A DNA stretch of 64,000 nucleotides from a virus, in the IMG/VR virus record IMGVR_UViG_3300017929_000004, positions 5,566 to 69,565 of that record; one strand, written 5' to 3'. The position numbers and the translations under genes were made by a program. The notes under the pieces were generated by a model that was given only the letters and a program-made list of their open reading frames with translations, was not told where the DNA came from and did not search any database. This document shows, piece after piece, positions 52,871-63,054 of this stretch (positions within the stretch are counted from its first letter, which is position 1; every line of letters starts with the position of its first letter).

Positions 52871-55800
52871 TGTCTGTACCGCTACTGCCGTATCAAACGA
52901 AGTACGAGAACGCTGGTCTCATCCTCCGGCGCCCGTCGGATCTCGTTCCTCGCGGTCAGTACATCATCCTCAAGAACCTATTCTCTGCCCAAGAAGGCTC
53001 ACTCCGCCCGCGCTTCGGAACGAAGAAAGTCAACGCGAACGTTCTTTCCGACCTTGCCATCCACAGCCTCGGCTACCTCAACGATCCTGTGCTCAAGAAG
53101 GCCCTACTCATGGCAGGCGCAGGGAAGAAGCTCTACCGACTCGACACTTCGGCGCAAATCGATGCTGGCTATTCTGGCGACCCGATCTCGATGGTTGCCT
53201 ACCGGATGAACCAGAGTTCGTCACCATTCATGATCGTCGGTGACTCGGCGCAAATGCGGCTCATCGACTCTTCGGGGAACGCGAAGAAACTCGGCCTGAG
53301 CTTTCCTACGGTTGCTACGAATTCGATTGTCCAAGGGCCTCCCATCAACGAAATCCACGAATTCGAGACAGATCCGCCGTTCATTCTGGCGAACATGGCC
53401 AGCCACAGCGTAGCGGCAACTTTCGCGAATGGGGTTGCCGCGCAGAGTGGGAAAGCGTTGCAGGTCACGACGAATGCGGGCGTTGTGGCGACCATCAGCC
53501 TCGTCGCTTCACTCAACTTGGGAGTGCTATCTGGGGTTGCCGTGGGGGATTCGGACTACATCCACATCTGGATCAACGTGGACAATCCACTCAACATCTC
53601 GCAAATTCGCCTCTTGTTCGACGTGGACCCCAACAGCGTCTCGGCGGGAACCTTCACCGCGACGGCATTCAAGAACAACTTCTATTGGGCGAGCATTCTG
53701 GGGTCCGACTTGCAAGCGGCCACACAGGGCACGACGACGACCATAGCGGGATTGCAGGCTCAATTGGCGAACTTGCAGGCGCAGTTACAGACAGCGGAAG
53801 CCAGCGGATGGTTCCAGCAGATACAGGCCCTACAACAGCAAATCTCCCGGCTCGAACAGACGATAAACAACCAGACTTTTGCCGGCCAGTTGCAGTGGAC
53901 CGAATTCAAAATCCCCATCAATAATTTCTTTAGAGCCGGCGGGAACCAAGCCGTGAACTGGTCGAATGTTGTGGGATGGAGAATCGAAATCACCACCGTG
54001 GCAGCGGTCGCCGCAGTATGCACCTTCGACGCGATGTACGAATTCGGAGGCTTGGGGCCAGACTCAAGCGTTGGCGTGGGATACGATTGGCGGTACACCG
54101 ACTACGATGACACGACGGGTTCCGAGGGGAACCCCTCACCGCTTCAAGCGAACGCACCGCCAACTGGAACCGGAACTGCTGTTGTGCGCAGCGCCGTCGC
54201 TCTCTTTCCGGCAGTATCGACGAACACGCGATGCACTCGACGTTACCACTACCGCCGCGGAGGAACCCTCTCCGCATCGTGGCAACGGTTGGGATACCAG
54301 TTGAACGTCGCGCCAGCGGCAATCACAACAGTCGTTATCAATGGTGCAGGGCTCTGTACGGTCACTACGGCTGCGCCCCACGGATTCCCAAACGGCTCCG
54401 CCGTGCTGGTTTCCTGCCCAAGCGGTGGAGTTGTCAGCGGCGTCGTCAGTGGGATGGTGCTCTCGAATTCCCCACCTGGAAGCTGGACACCAGGACTTAC
54501 GGGCGGGACACTTTACGCGCAATCGACCTTCATCACGTTGGCAGGAGCACAGAATCCCGGTCCAGCACCTTTCCCAACATTCGGCTCGAAAGTCAGTTGG
54601 TTATTCTACAACTCGATTTCAGGGTATTATTATTCACTCACGTCGACGCCGACAGCATTCGATGACTGCTTGATTGGCGTGGTTCGGGCCTCGCTGCGTG
54701 GCGGCACAACGATAGTCTCCCAGGCCGCTGCTTTCTACCAAATCTTTGAAACCATCACCGTGACCGGCCTGAGCACATTCACGGCTCCACTGACTGGAAC
54801 GGCGGTCACTTACACTGGCGGCACGGCGACACTCGGTTTCTTGGACTTCTACGCCGATGCCGACATCGCTTCGGCGCCATCGCTGCTCTTGACCAATGAT
54901 GTGCCCGTTACTACAGTTGATTCGACTGGGGCAACCGTTTACGAGCAACCGTTGAAGCGAATCTGGGGACCTTATCTCGGCAGCGTCATCTTCGGCTGCG
55001 GCGACCCGAACCGGCCGGGATACCTCTACTGGCTGAACGCGGGGAATCCCGACGGAGCCTCGTCGATCAACAATGTCGAAACGACGCAGCCCAGCGACCC
55101 CCTGCAGAACGGCTTCTTCTGGGGCGGCTTTACGTGGGTCTTCAGCAAGGAAAACCTGTTCACCATCTATCCCGCGCAGTTGGGGATCCCCAACCAGTAT
55201 CAACCTCTTCCGTCCGCCTGCGCGCGTGGGCTTTCTTGGTCCGACTTGTGCTTCGCTGCGGGGCCAGACACGCCGGCAATCTGGTTCCTGTCGAAGGACG
55301 GCATCTACGAGACCATGGGCGGGCCGGCAGTCCCCATCACTGAAGACGACCTCTGGCCAATTTTCCATGGCCTTGCGTCCGGGCCTTACGTGCCCATCGA
55401 CTTCACGCAGACCGAAATGCTCAGGATGGCGTACCGGGACAATGAGCTTTTCTTCCAGTACCAAGACATCAACCAGGGCATCCAAGTCCTTGTCTGGAAC
55501 CGACTCAAACGTAGATGGCGCCACGCGACGTACCCATGGGGACCGCTTTGCCTCTATGCCCAACCCGAGGTTGGAAACATCTTGCTACTGGGCGGGAATA
55601 ATGGTTTGTGCTACCAAGAGGACCCCTCCGTCGGCGGCGACGACAGCCAGCCGATTGCCTGCCAAGTGCGCAGCGGGTCATACGACCAGGGGTTGGCGCT
55701 GCGCGCGAAGGAGTACGTGCATTTCATCCTCGACGCGGACCCCCAAGGCGCAAGCATTTCGGCGAGCCTGCTGTACAACGACCAGACGGTTAGTGCAGGC

Positions 55801-56298
55801 CTGCAGTGCGGGCCATTCGTTTCGTCGGGAAGTGGCCGCCAGCCGTTGCCGTTCGGGCTCAATGACTACTACGCGCTCAACGCGATGGTGGATGTCAGCT
55901 TCACGACGGTCGCCGTGCCCGTGCTTTACGGGTTCGAGTTGGACTACCGCATCGATCGGCTGGCGATGGTCCATATCGAGACGCCCGAGGATTCCTTGGG
56001 AATCGACGGCTGGAAGCACGTCTATGACGGGTACATCACGGTGCGGTCCAATGCCGACGTGAGCCTGATTCTGATGGGCGACGGCACGGCGATTGGCGCG
56101 ACGACAGTCATCCCCTCGACGGCTGGGCAGAAGAAAAAGACGCTTCTGCAATTTGGGACGAATAAGTTCAAGCTGCTGCGGAGAAGGCTCGACAGCACGC
56201 AGCCGTTTCAGGTGTATGCTGAGGATAGCGTGCTGCACGTCGGCGGGTGGGCCGACGGCCAATACCGCAACGTACCACTCGTCGAAAACGTGGAGTGA
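52870..56298 (+). CDS. Putative tail nozzle/stabilisation (tubular B-like) protein
   Basis: 1142 aa; GSLRPRFGT, FLSKDGIY beta-propeller-like motifs; position. Confidence 0.7.
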   Translation: MSVPLLPYQTKYENAGLILRRPSDLVPRGQYIILKNLFSAQEGSLRPRFGTKKVNANVLSDLAIHSLGYLNDPVLKKALLMAGAGKKLYRLDTSAQIDAGYSGDPISMVAYRMNQSSSPFMIVGDSAQMRLIDSSGNAKKLGLSFPTVATNSIVQGPPINEIHEFETDPPFILANMASHSVAATFANGVAAQSGKALQVTTNAGVVATISLVASLNLGVLSGVAVGDSDYIHIWINVDNPLNISQIRLLFDVDPNSVSAGTFTATAFKNNFYWASILGSDLQAATQGTTTTIAGLQAQLANLQAQLQTAEASGWFQQIQALQQQISRLEQTINNQTFAGQLQWTEFKIPINNFFRAGGNQAVNWSNVVGWRIEITTVAAVAAVCTFDAMYEFGGLGPDSSVGVGYDWRYTDYDDTTGSEGNPSPLQANAPPTGTGTAVVRSAVALFPAVSTNTRCTRRYHYRRGGTLSASWQRLGYQLNVAPAAITTVVINGAGLCTVTTAAPHGFPNGSAVLVSCPSGGVVSGVVSGMVLSNSPPGSWTPGLTGGTLYAQSTFITLAGAQNPGPAPFPTFGSKVSWLFYNSISGYYYSLTSTPTAFDDCLIGVVRASLRGGTTIVSQAAAFYQIFETITVTGLSTFTAPLTGTAVTYTGGTATLGFLDFYADADIASAPSLLLTNDVPVTTVDSTGATVYEQPLKRIWGPYLGSVIFGCGDPNRPGYLYWLNAGNPDGASSINNVETTQPSDPLQNGFFWGGFTWVFSKENLFTIYPAQLGIPNQYQPLPSACARGLSWSDLCFAAGPDTPAIWFLSKDGIYETMGGPAVPITEDDLWPIFHGLASGPYVPIDFTQTEMLRMAYRDNELFFQYQDINQGIQVLVWNRLKRRWRHATYPWGPLCLYAQPEVGNILLLGGNNGLCYQEDPSVGGDDSQPIACQVRSGSYDQGLALRAKEYVHFILDADPQGASISASLLYNDQTVSAGLQCGPFVSSGSGRQPLPFGLNDYYALNAMVDVSFTTVAVPVLYGFELDYRIDRLAMVHIETPEDSLGIDGWKHVYDGYITVRSNADVSLILMGDGTAIGATTVIPSTAGQKKKTLLQFGTNKFKLLRRRLDSTQPFQVYAEDSVLHVGGWADGQYRNVPLVENVE
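55793..55806. repeat. Palindrome copy, 1 mismatch, intragenic
   Basis: TAGTGCAGGCCTGCAG. Confidence 0.6.
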
Positions 56299-56300
56299 CA

Positions 56301-56939
56301 ATGGCTCTGACGCAACAAGACTATGCCATGCCCGCAGAGGTTGAGATTCCAGTAAACGGCTCTCGCCACAGAGTCGTCGAAGCCGCGAGCCTGCGGATGG
56401 TCCTGTTCAGGATGTACAACCTTCTCTACAAGGCTGCTGGCTTGGCACCTGGGGGAGCGACGATTCAGGGGCCGCTAACGATTCTCGACCCATCGCCAGG
56501 TTCTTTCGTCGGCCTTTCGACGGCGAAGGGTTCGAACAGCGCCAACCCCGAAGCAAATGAGTTTGTCACCATCGAATACTTGCTTGCCAATTTCTCTCCT
56601 GACGAGATTCGAGCCATGCTTGAGGCTGATGGGCCAGCGCCGTTGAACCTTGAGGGTTTAACGGGAGCGCCAGCCGTGTTCAGCATTACCCTCGTAACGG
56701 CCAACTACGCCGTCAAACCTTCAGACTGCACCATTCTTGCCAGCGGAACTTTGAACGTGATTTTGCCGATTGCCGCAATCGAAGCTGGGCAGCAATTCCA
56801 AGTGAAGAATATCGGTGTGGGAGTTGTGACCGTTTCGGCGGGGGGAGTGAACATCGACGGAGCGGCGAGCTTTGTGCTCAACGTCCAGTACCAAGCCATC
56901 GACGTAAAATGGGACGGATCTCAATTTTGGATATTCTGA
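56301..56939 (+). CDS. Putative tail protein
   Basis: C-terminal VILP..GQQFQVKN..IDG..DGSQFWI fibre-type domain. Confidence 0.7.
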   Translation: MALTQQDYAMPAEVEIPVNGSRHRVVEAASLRMVLFRMYNLLYKAAGLAPGGATIQGPLTILDPSPGSFVGLSTAKGSNSANPEANEFVTIEYLLANFSPDEIRAMLEADGPAPLNLEGLTGAPAVFSITLVTANYAVKPSDCTILASGTLNVILPIAAIEAGQQFQVKNIGVGVVTVSAGGVNIDGAASFVLNVQYQAIDVKWDGSQFWIF

Positions 56940-56954
56940 ACTGAAGAACGTGAA

Positions 56955-59453
56955 GTGGCCTACCTAACCCTCGGAATCTCGATAGCAAGCAACACCTCCG
57001 GGGCAACCTCGCTCGTTTCTGCCGGAACACTGATACTCGCTGGCGGAAGCAACATCACCCTCTCGCAGTCGGGAAAAACCATTTCCATTATTGGCGCGTC
57101 GGGCGGTTCGGGCGCAGCCGGGAAGATCAGTTTTACCCAAAACGCACTCTTGCAACAAGTGGGAGTGATTCTCGCTGGCAGCGTGACGACAACCGGAGCG
57201 ACTGCGGCAGTCCAGCCGTTTAATAGCTCCCTGTTCTTGCAGCGCATTTATGTGCCTGGTTCAATGAGTCTTTCGGAAGTGGACGTGGCAATAGGCTTAG
57301 CCTTCCCCAACGCTACCGCATCGGGGCAGGGCACCCTCAGCCAGACTTTCGTGATGTATTCGTTTGGGAATAGCACGTCGCTGGCTTCCGTCCTGAGCGC
57401 TTCGGGATCGAGTTCGTGGACCAGCGGGTCGGCGACCAATGCTGGGAGTTCGATCAGCCAGTTGCAGGTTGGGTGGTCTGGACAGAACGTGAAACCGTTC
57501 ACGTTTGCCAGTTCAACGCTTGCGGCCGGCGAATACGTTGTCGGCCACATCATCGCCTTCGCGGGCCAGAGCACGAGTTGGACGGTATCGCTATTCGGCC
57601 CGAATGCCATAGGCTCGTCAATGGGGGCGGCCGCCACGGGAATCACCTCCGCATCGCTTGCTGCGGCGGCAAGTTTCACGACGGCGACGGTCGGTTTGAC
57701 GGCGTTCACCGCAGCACCAACCAGTGCGGCGGTATTCCTCACGGCCAACGGCACCAGCGTAGCCCTCGCAGCGGCTTCTGCCTTTAGTGCATCGACTTCG
57801 GGAGCGCTAACCGCTTTCAGTGCGGCACCAACGAGTGCGGGAGTGTTTTTGACTGCGACTGGAACCAGCGCGGCCTTGGTCGCCATCTCTGGATTCTCTA
57901 GTTCTAGCTCGGTTGCGATTACCGCCTTTAGTGCTGCGCCGACCTCAGCAGCCGTCTTCCTCACGATCACCGGGACCAGCGTGGCCCTCGCGGCGGCATC
58001 GGCTTATTCGGCAAGCACCTCAACCGTTGCGACGTTGTTCACCGCTTCTCCAACGAGTGCGGGGGTGTTCCTCACCGCCACTGGCACAAGTGTGGCACTA
58101 GCAGCGGCCACAGCCTACTCATCGACTGGAACTTCCGCAGCGACGATCTTCACTGCCGCACCCACTTCGGCGGGAGTGTTCCTCACGGCTACCGGCACCA
58201 GCGTAGCACTCGCGGGGGCCTCAGCCTATTCGGCGAGCACGTCAACCGTCGCTACTTTATTCACGGCAACTCCCGTCAGCGCGGCCGTTTTCCTCACTGC
58301 TACGGGCACCAGCGTAGCGCTTGCGGCTGCCTCGGCCCACTCTGCGAGCACCTCGACGGTAGCCACGATCTTTACCGCCTCCCCCACCGTGGCGAGTGCC
58401 ATGCAGACTGCTGGCCTATCGGCCTTCCCTGTAACCTATAGTTGGGTAAGCGCCTCGGCTGCGGCGATGGCAATTACGATGGCGGCAAGCGCTTCGGGTG
58501 TGTCGATTGCTGGATTCAGCAAGGCCGCCACCGTTACCCTGACCTCCATCGCTGGTTCTTATCATTCAGCCTCGGGTGTCGTGAACGCCATATCAAATGC
58601 TGGAACCTTGGCATGGCCTCTGCTTAGTACTGGAGGGTTGGTGGGTGGCTCCCATTTCACGACTTCTGGTTCAGCCAACGTTTTGAGCAATGCCGGTACG
58701 CTGGCTTGGCCGGTTCTGAGTACTGGCGGACTGGTTGGGGGTTCCCACTTCACAACCTCCGGTTCGGCGAATGTCCTCAGTAACCTGGGCACTGCGGCTG
58801 GTACCTTCCTGACTGGCGCTGGACTGACGGCAGGGTCTTTCTTCACGACTTCTGGTTCAGCCAACGTTTTGAGCAATGCCGGTACGCTGGCTTGGCCGGT
58901 TCTGAGTACCGGCGGACTGGTTGGGGGCTCTCACTTCACGACGAGCGGCATCGCCAGCGTGTTGAGCAATTCTGGAACGGGGGCCTCTTCCTTCCTGAGC
59001 ACTGGAGGGCTCCTAGTTGGTTCGTTCTTTACCACCTCGGGATCCGCGAACGTGCTCAGCAACGTGGGTACGGCGGGCGTGAGTTTCCTGAGCACCGGGG
59101 GCCTCGTCGCAGGGTCGCACTTTACCGCCTCGGCCTCCGCAAATGTCTTGTCGAATTCTGGCACCGCTGGTGTTACCCTAGCAGGGACATTTGCCACCGG
59201 ATCGCTGGGAGCGGTTACGGCTGTTGGGCTGGCGGCGCTCGGGTCATCGACTTTCGGAACAAGCACGACGCCGACCTTCGGGTTCATTGGCACGCAGAGT
59301 GGCTCGACACTGACCGGCCAGCCATTCGCCTTCAGCGCGGGAGTGATGTCCACGGGCGCCGCGCCGGCGAGCATTGCGCTGACCAACGCAGCGCTGACCA
59401 TCACCGGGCCGGTGGCGATCGCCCAGCCGTGGTTTGCGCTGTGTGGAGCATAG
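56955..59453 (+). CDS. Ser/Thr/Ala/Gly-rich repetitive fibre protein
   Basis: 832 aa; two blocks of tandem repeats; almost no charged residues. Confidence 0.75.
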   Translation: MAYLTLGISIASNTSGATSLVSAGTLILAGGSNITLSQSGKTISIIGASGGSGAAGKISFTQNALLQQVGVILAGSVTTTGATAAVQPFNSSLFLQRIYVPGSMSLSEVDVAIGLAFPNATASGQGTLSQTFVMYSFGNSTSLASVLSASGSSSWTSGSATNAGSSISQLQVGWSGQNVKPFTFASSTLAAGEYVVGHIIAFAGQSTSWTVSLFGPNAIGSSMGAAATGITSASLAAAASFTTATVGLTAFTAAPTSAAVFLTANGTSVALAAASAFSASTSGALTAFSAAPTSAGVFLTATGTSAALVAISGFSSSSSVAITAFSAAPTSAAVFLTITGTSVALAAASAYSASTSTVATLFTASPTSAGVFLTATGTSVALAAATAYSSTGTSAATIFTAAPTSAGVFLTATGTSVALAGASAYSASTSTVATLFTATPVSAAVFLTATGTSVALAAASAHSASTSTVATIFTASPTVASAMQTAGLSAFPVTYSWVSASAAAMAITMAASASGVSIAGFSKAATVTLTSIAGSYHSASGVVNAISNAGTLAWPLLSTGGLVGGSHFTTSGSANVLSNAGTLAWPVLSTGGLVGGSHFTTSGSANVLSNLGTAAGTFLTGAGLTAGSFFTTSGSANVLSNAGTLAWPVLSTGGLVGGSHFTTSGIASVLSNSGTGASSFLSTGGLLVGSFFTTSGSANVLSNVGTAGVSFLSTGGLVAGSHFTASASANVLSNSGTAGVTLAGTFATGSLGAVTAVGLAALGSSTFGTSTTPTFGFIGTQSGSTLTGQPFAFSAGVMSTGAAPASIALTNAALTITGPVAIAQPWFALCGA
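57700..58400 (+). repeat. About 6 tandem ~39-aa repeats (TAFTAAPTSAxVFLTATGTSVALAAASAYSASTS)
   Basis: Visible in the translation; boundaries approximate. Confidence 0.8.
58580..59170 (+). repeat. About 6-7 tandem 31-aa (93-bp) repeats (ANVLSNAGTLAWPVLSTGGLVGGSHFTTSGS)
   Basis: 68-bp exact duplicate at 58656-58723 and 58842-58909 (offset 186). Confidence 0.85.
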
Positions 59454-59454
59454 A

Positions 59455-60165
59455 ATGAGGAAGAAAGAACTCGAAAGCGTCTTCGCAGGAATGCACAACG
59501 CCAACCTTTTGGCCGCACACGAGAGAGTTGTTAAGGGAGGCGGATATCGTGACCTTTCGACGGTGTGGATGACGGTAACGCGCGGAGTGATCCCTGCCAA
59601 GGTTGTTTCCTACTGGTTCTCTCTCATCCGACCTATGAATCAGCCGTTCGTAGGGCCAATTTTCATTGAGGGAATGGAAGTTGGAGAGGGCTACAACCGT
59701 GCCGTAGAGATGATTTTCGAAAACCCTCAAATCGCAAAGTTTAAGTATCTGCTTACGATCGAAGAAGATAATTGTCCGCCAGCCGAAGGGCTTTTGAAGC
59801 TGTATGAAAGCATGGACAAATTCGATGCGGTGAGCGGACTTTACTGGACTAAGGGAATCGGGACATCGCAGCCAATGTGTTATGGTGACCCTTCCGTCAT
59901 GCCTCGCAACTATTTTCCGCAACCTCCTCCGCTCGACTGTGTGAAGGAGTACAACGGAATCGGGCAAGGGTTTGCTTTATTCGACCTGAAAATGTTTCGC
60001 AAGATAGAGAAGCCATGGTTCAGAACTGTTCAGTCTGTCACCGAGGGAGTTGGTACGCAGGACCTCTATTTTTGTGCAAAAGCATCAAAGGCAGGATTTA
60101 GGTTTGCTGTTGATGGTCGGGTTCGGGTTGGACACTGGGATCAGGCTTCTCAGACGATGTACTGA
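59455..60165 (+). CDS. GT-A-fold (family 2-like) glycosyltransferase
   Basis: YLLTIEEDN, DAVSGLY, GQGFALF..KPWF, QDLYFC.KA..AGF..RVGH. Confidence 0.8.
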   Translation: MRKKELESVFAGMHNANLLAAHERVVKGGGYRDLSTVWMTVTRGVIPAKVVSYWFSLIRPMNQPFVGPIFIEGMEVGEGYNRAVEMIFENPQIAKFKYLLTIEEDNCPPAEGLLKLYESMDKFDAVSGLYWTKGIGTSQPMCYGDPSVMPRNYFPQPPPLDCVKEYNGIGQGFALFDLKMFRKIEKPWFRTVQSVTEGVGTQDLYFCAKASKAGFRFAVDGRVRVGHWDQASQTMY

Positions 60166-60184
60166 CTACGGAGAAAGGCAATCT

Positions 60185-60667
60185 ATGAAAAAAAAGAAAA
60201 CCGAGAAACCACTGACTCTTGACTTAGGCTACGATGATCGCTCCAAGCTCATGAAGTATCCTTGGCCGTGGAAAGATGCCTCCGTCGCAGAAATGAAAAT
60301 CACCGACGTGATGCCGTTTGTGCCGGGGAAGGAACGGCCCCACTTCATGGACGAACTCTACCGCGTGCTGCGCGACGGCGCGAAGGCCGAAATCATCATG
60401 ATCTACTACACGGCGATGGGCGCGAGTGCGGACTTCCGCGTCGAGTGGCCGCCACTCTCGGAAGCGAGTTTCATGTATTTCAACAAGGAGTGGCGCACAG
60501 CGAACAAGGTCGATACGCCGATGAAGGCTGACTACGACTTCGTCTACGGATACTCGCTTTCGCCCGACGTGGCCGTCAAGGCGCAAGAGGTTCAGGCGCT
60601 TCAAGTGAAGACCGACTTCAACGCCGTCCAGCGATTGCATGTGACGTTGACGAAGCGGAAGCCTTAA
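60185..60667 (+). CDS. Class I SAM-dependent methyltransferase-like protein (shortened)
   Basis: LDLG, WPWKDASV, FMDELYRVLRDG. Confidence 0.7.
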   Translation: MKKKKTEKPLTLDLGYDDRSKLMKYPWPWKDASVAEMKITDVMPFVPGKERPHFMDELYRVLRDGAKAEIIMIYYTAMGASADFRVEWPPLSEASFMYFNKEWRTANKVDTPMKADYDFVYGYSLSPDVAVKAQEVQALQVKTDFNAVQRLHVTLTKRKP

Positions 60668-60718
60668 CGTAGTGGTATTTGACGGTTTATTTTGATACAG
60701 TTCATCGTGGAGGATGTC

Positions 60719-61402
60719 ATGGCAGCATCACCTGCCCCGGTACCGAGCGGCTACGACTATAATTTGAACCCAGCCAACGCCCAAGTCCCTCAGTCAGAGC
60801 AAGCCCCGTCGCCATATGGGACGCTGGCGGGATACCCCACGACGGCCTCTGGCGGGCCAGCGGCGGGCGGGACTTTCGGCTACATGACGCTCGCTTCGAC
60901 AGGCGTTGAGGCCATCAATACCGGCCGGCAGGCCGATGTGCTGGGACAAGAACTCTCCGCAGCGGGCGGGAAAGAACTCACTGACTACCAGAAGTACCTC
61001 GACAAGATGACGAGTACAGACCCCTCGACGCGCATGGCGGCACAGGCAACCAACATTCAGACCGAAGAAAAGCAGCAGACTGCGGCGAGGGCGGCGATTT
61101 CGACTCTTCCCCGCGGCGGGGCGCAGGACTACCTCTCAGGGCAGTCGTACATTCAGCAAGCCTCTGACATCGGGACGTTGCTCGATCAAGCGTGGAACCA
61201 AGCTGAAACGGCGAAGGGGCAATTGGGGCTCACGGAAGAACAGTTGGCGTTACAGAGTCTCTCAACGGCGCAATCCGGCTTCAGCGTTGGCGGAAGCATT
61301 CAGGGCGGAGCCCTGGATATAAAGAACAACATGGCAGCGGCGAACCAAGCGTCGATTGCTAACGATATCGGAATGCTGGCGTCTCTGGCAGCGGGATTGT
61401 AG
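60719..61402 (+). CDS. Putative ejection/pilot protein
   Basis: Ala/Gln/Gly-rich helical protein after the tail genes; GGAGG RBS. Confidence 0.55.
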   Translation: MAASPAPVPSGYDYNLNPANAQVPQSEQAPSPYGTLAGYPTTASGGPAAGGTFGYMTLASTGVEAINTGRQADVLGQELSAAGGKELTDYQKYLDKMTSTDPSTRMAAQATNIQTEEKQQTAARAAISTLPRGGAQDYLSGQSYIQQASDIGTLLDQAWNQAETAKGQLGLTEEQLALQSLSTAQSGFSVGGSIQGGALDIKNNMAAANQASIANDIGMLASLAAGL

Positions 61403-61412
61403 GAGGGGTGCC

Positions 61413-61712
61413 ATGGGATCAGGACCGGGACTTTACAATCCAGGTGCGTATGGCGGGCGGACGGCTGCAAGTGGAGGGCTTGCCGCATCGCAAGCAGCGA
61501 TTGGTGGAATCAAAACCTACGTGGATGAGCGCAAGAAGAAAAAGGGTAATGCGCTAAGGTTGAAGGGTCCTTCCGACTACCCTGACACGCCAAGTTTCAA
61601 CCGTGGTGGGGAGGTTCACAGAACTGGAATTTATAAGCTTCACGCCGGCGAGAGGGTCGTTCCAGCGGGAAAGCGCAAAACTCGCAAGCGAGGGCGGGGT
61701 TCTCGTCGTTAG
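61413..61712 (+). CDS. Small protein with a GGxVxxTGxxxLHxGExV motif and basic tail
   Basis: AGGAGG RBS; motif familiar from phage internal/tape-measure proteins. Confidence 0.65.
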   Translation: MGSGPGLYNPGAYGGRTAASGGLAASQAAIGGIKTYVDERKKKKGNALRLKGPSDYPDTPSFNRGGEVHRTGIYKLHAGERVVPAGKRKTRKRGRGSRR

Positions 61713-61725
61713 TGCAGGACTGCAT
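61712..61725. repeat. Palindrome copy, 1 mismatch
   Basis: TAGTGCAGGACTGCAT between a stop and a GGGAGG RBS. Confidence 0.8.
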
Positions 61726-61737
61726 TGGGAGGTTGTC

Positions 61738-63045
61738 ATGGGCGGATACGATCCGAGAGCATACGGTGGCAGAGGTCCGGTGAGCGGACCCGTCGCCGGG
61801 ATGAATTACCTCACTTCGCTTCTCTCTGGACTCAAGCAGGGCTTCCACCAAAAGCGGGACAACACGGAAATGAAATTCGGCGAACGTGTCAAAATCATCG
61901 AGGCTCAACGCGCCGAAGCGCGCGCACGGATTGAAGCTGGTGACACGTCTCCCGAGGCGGTGCAGGCTGCGGCGAATGCCGACAAAGCCTACGCCGACAT
62001 GCTCAAAGAGGCCGAGAAGCTTTACCAACCCGACAAGACCATTTGGGGTGCCCTCAAGAATCGCATTTCGGGAGGGAAAAAGGCTGATGCGGGTGGTCCG
62101 CAACCGGCGCCTGTGCCAAAGGCTCAAGGCGCTCCAGCGGCAGCTAGACCTCCAGAGGCTTCGCCGAACCCCTACGGCGCAATGGAAGCGTCGAGGGCCA
62201 AAGCAACGGCGACCGTCAGAGACATAAATGAACTTAAGGCGTCCGTCGAGAAGGGAACCTTAGAGGACGACGCCAAGCAGCGTGATGTTATCAAGACATC
62301 TCAGCAAACCTACATCGACACGATTCAGAAAATGAAGACTGGCGCAATCTCTCCCGGAGAAGCGGCACAAACAATTACCTTGGCGATGAATCAAGCCTTT
62401 CCAAAAGAAAGGCCAGGAGAGAAGGAAGCGATTTCCGCACTTTCTATGGGACTGGCAAATACCAAGGACCCACAGAAGCGAGCGGAATACCAACAAGCGA
62501 TCATCGACATCGCGCAGGGCATAAAGTTGGAAGCGGGAAAAGCGCTTACGGGACCAGTCAAGTACCCGACCGGAAAAGTTGCCGAGTCGATTCAACGCGC
62601 GGGGCTCCCCATCAAACCTCTGAGCGAATACACTACAGAGGAATGGAATCTGGCCGACAGCGTCTCGCAAAAAGAACACAAGGAAGTCATGCGCAAGGCT
62701 GCTGCGACGGCTGGGGCGCATGATCATCGCTACCAGCAGTTCCAAGCGAGAACAGCGGGAGACACGCAACTGATTGGAAGGCTTGAAACCCGCATCGGAC
62801 AACTCCAATCGCTTACAGCTAGTGATATGAACAGGCTTTCTGACGATGAGAAGAAGGCCAATAAGGAAGAAGTCTCCGCTACTCGTTCGCAAATCATCGA
62901 ACTACGACAGAAAGATTCATCGGCCTATGACGAAATCTACGGTGCAGCGCCGAGGCTCGTAGCGACCCCTCCGGCAGCCGCAACGCCTGCGCCTCCGCCG
63001 ACGGCTGGCGTGAGTCCCGCCGAGGCCCAAGCCGACCAGTTCTAG
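61738..63045 (+). CDS. Putative internal virion (ejection) protein
   Basis: GGGAGG RBS; charged helical protein. Confidence 0.65.
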   Translation: MGGYDPRAYGGRGPVSGPVAGMNYLTSLLSGLKQGFHQKRDNTEMKFGERVKIIEAQRAEARARIEAGDTSPEAVQAAANADKAYADMLKEAEKLYQPDKTIWGALKNRISGGKKADAGGPQPAPVPKAQGAPAAARPPEASPNPYGAMEASRAKATATVRDINELKASVEKGTLEDDAKQRDVIKTSQQTYIDTIQKMKTGAISPGEAAQTITLAMNQAFPKERPGEKEAISALSMGLANTKDPQKRAEYQQAIIDIAQGIKLEAGKALTGPVKYPTGKVAESIQRAGLPIKPLSEYTTEEWNLADSVSQKEHKEVMRKAAATAGAHDHRYQQFQARTAGDTQLIGRLETRIGQLQSLTASDMNRLSDDEKKANKEEVSATRSQIIELRQKDSSAYDEIYGAAPRLVATPPAAATPAPPPTAGVSPAEAQADQF

Positions 63046-63054
63046 TGACCACTC

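Noticed and set aside
58656-58909. 68-bp duplicate as a DGR template/variable repeat
   Set aside because: Copies are identical, in-frame tandem coding repeats; no adenine-specific differences and no reverse transcriptase
8416-61712. TAG recoding or read-through signalled by the hairpin after TAG
   Set aside because: Many copies do not overlap a stop, downstream genes have their own RBS, genes look full-length in the standard code, and no suppressor tRNA was seen
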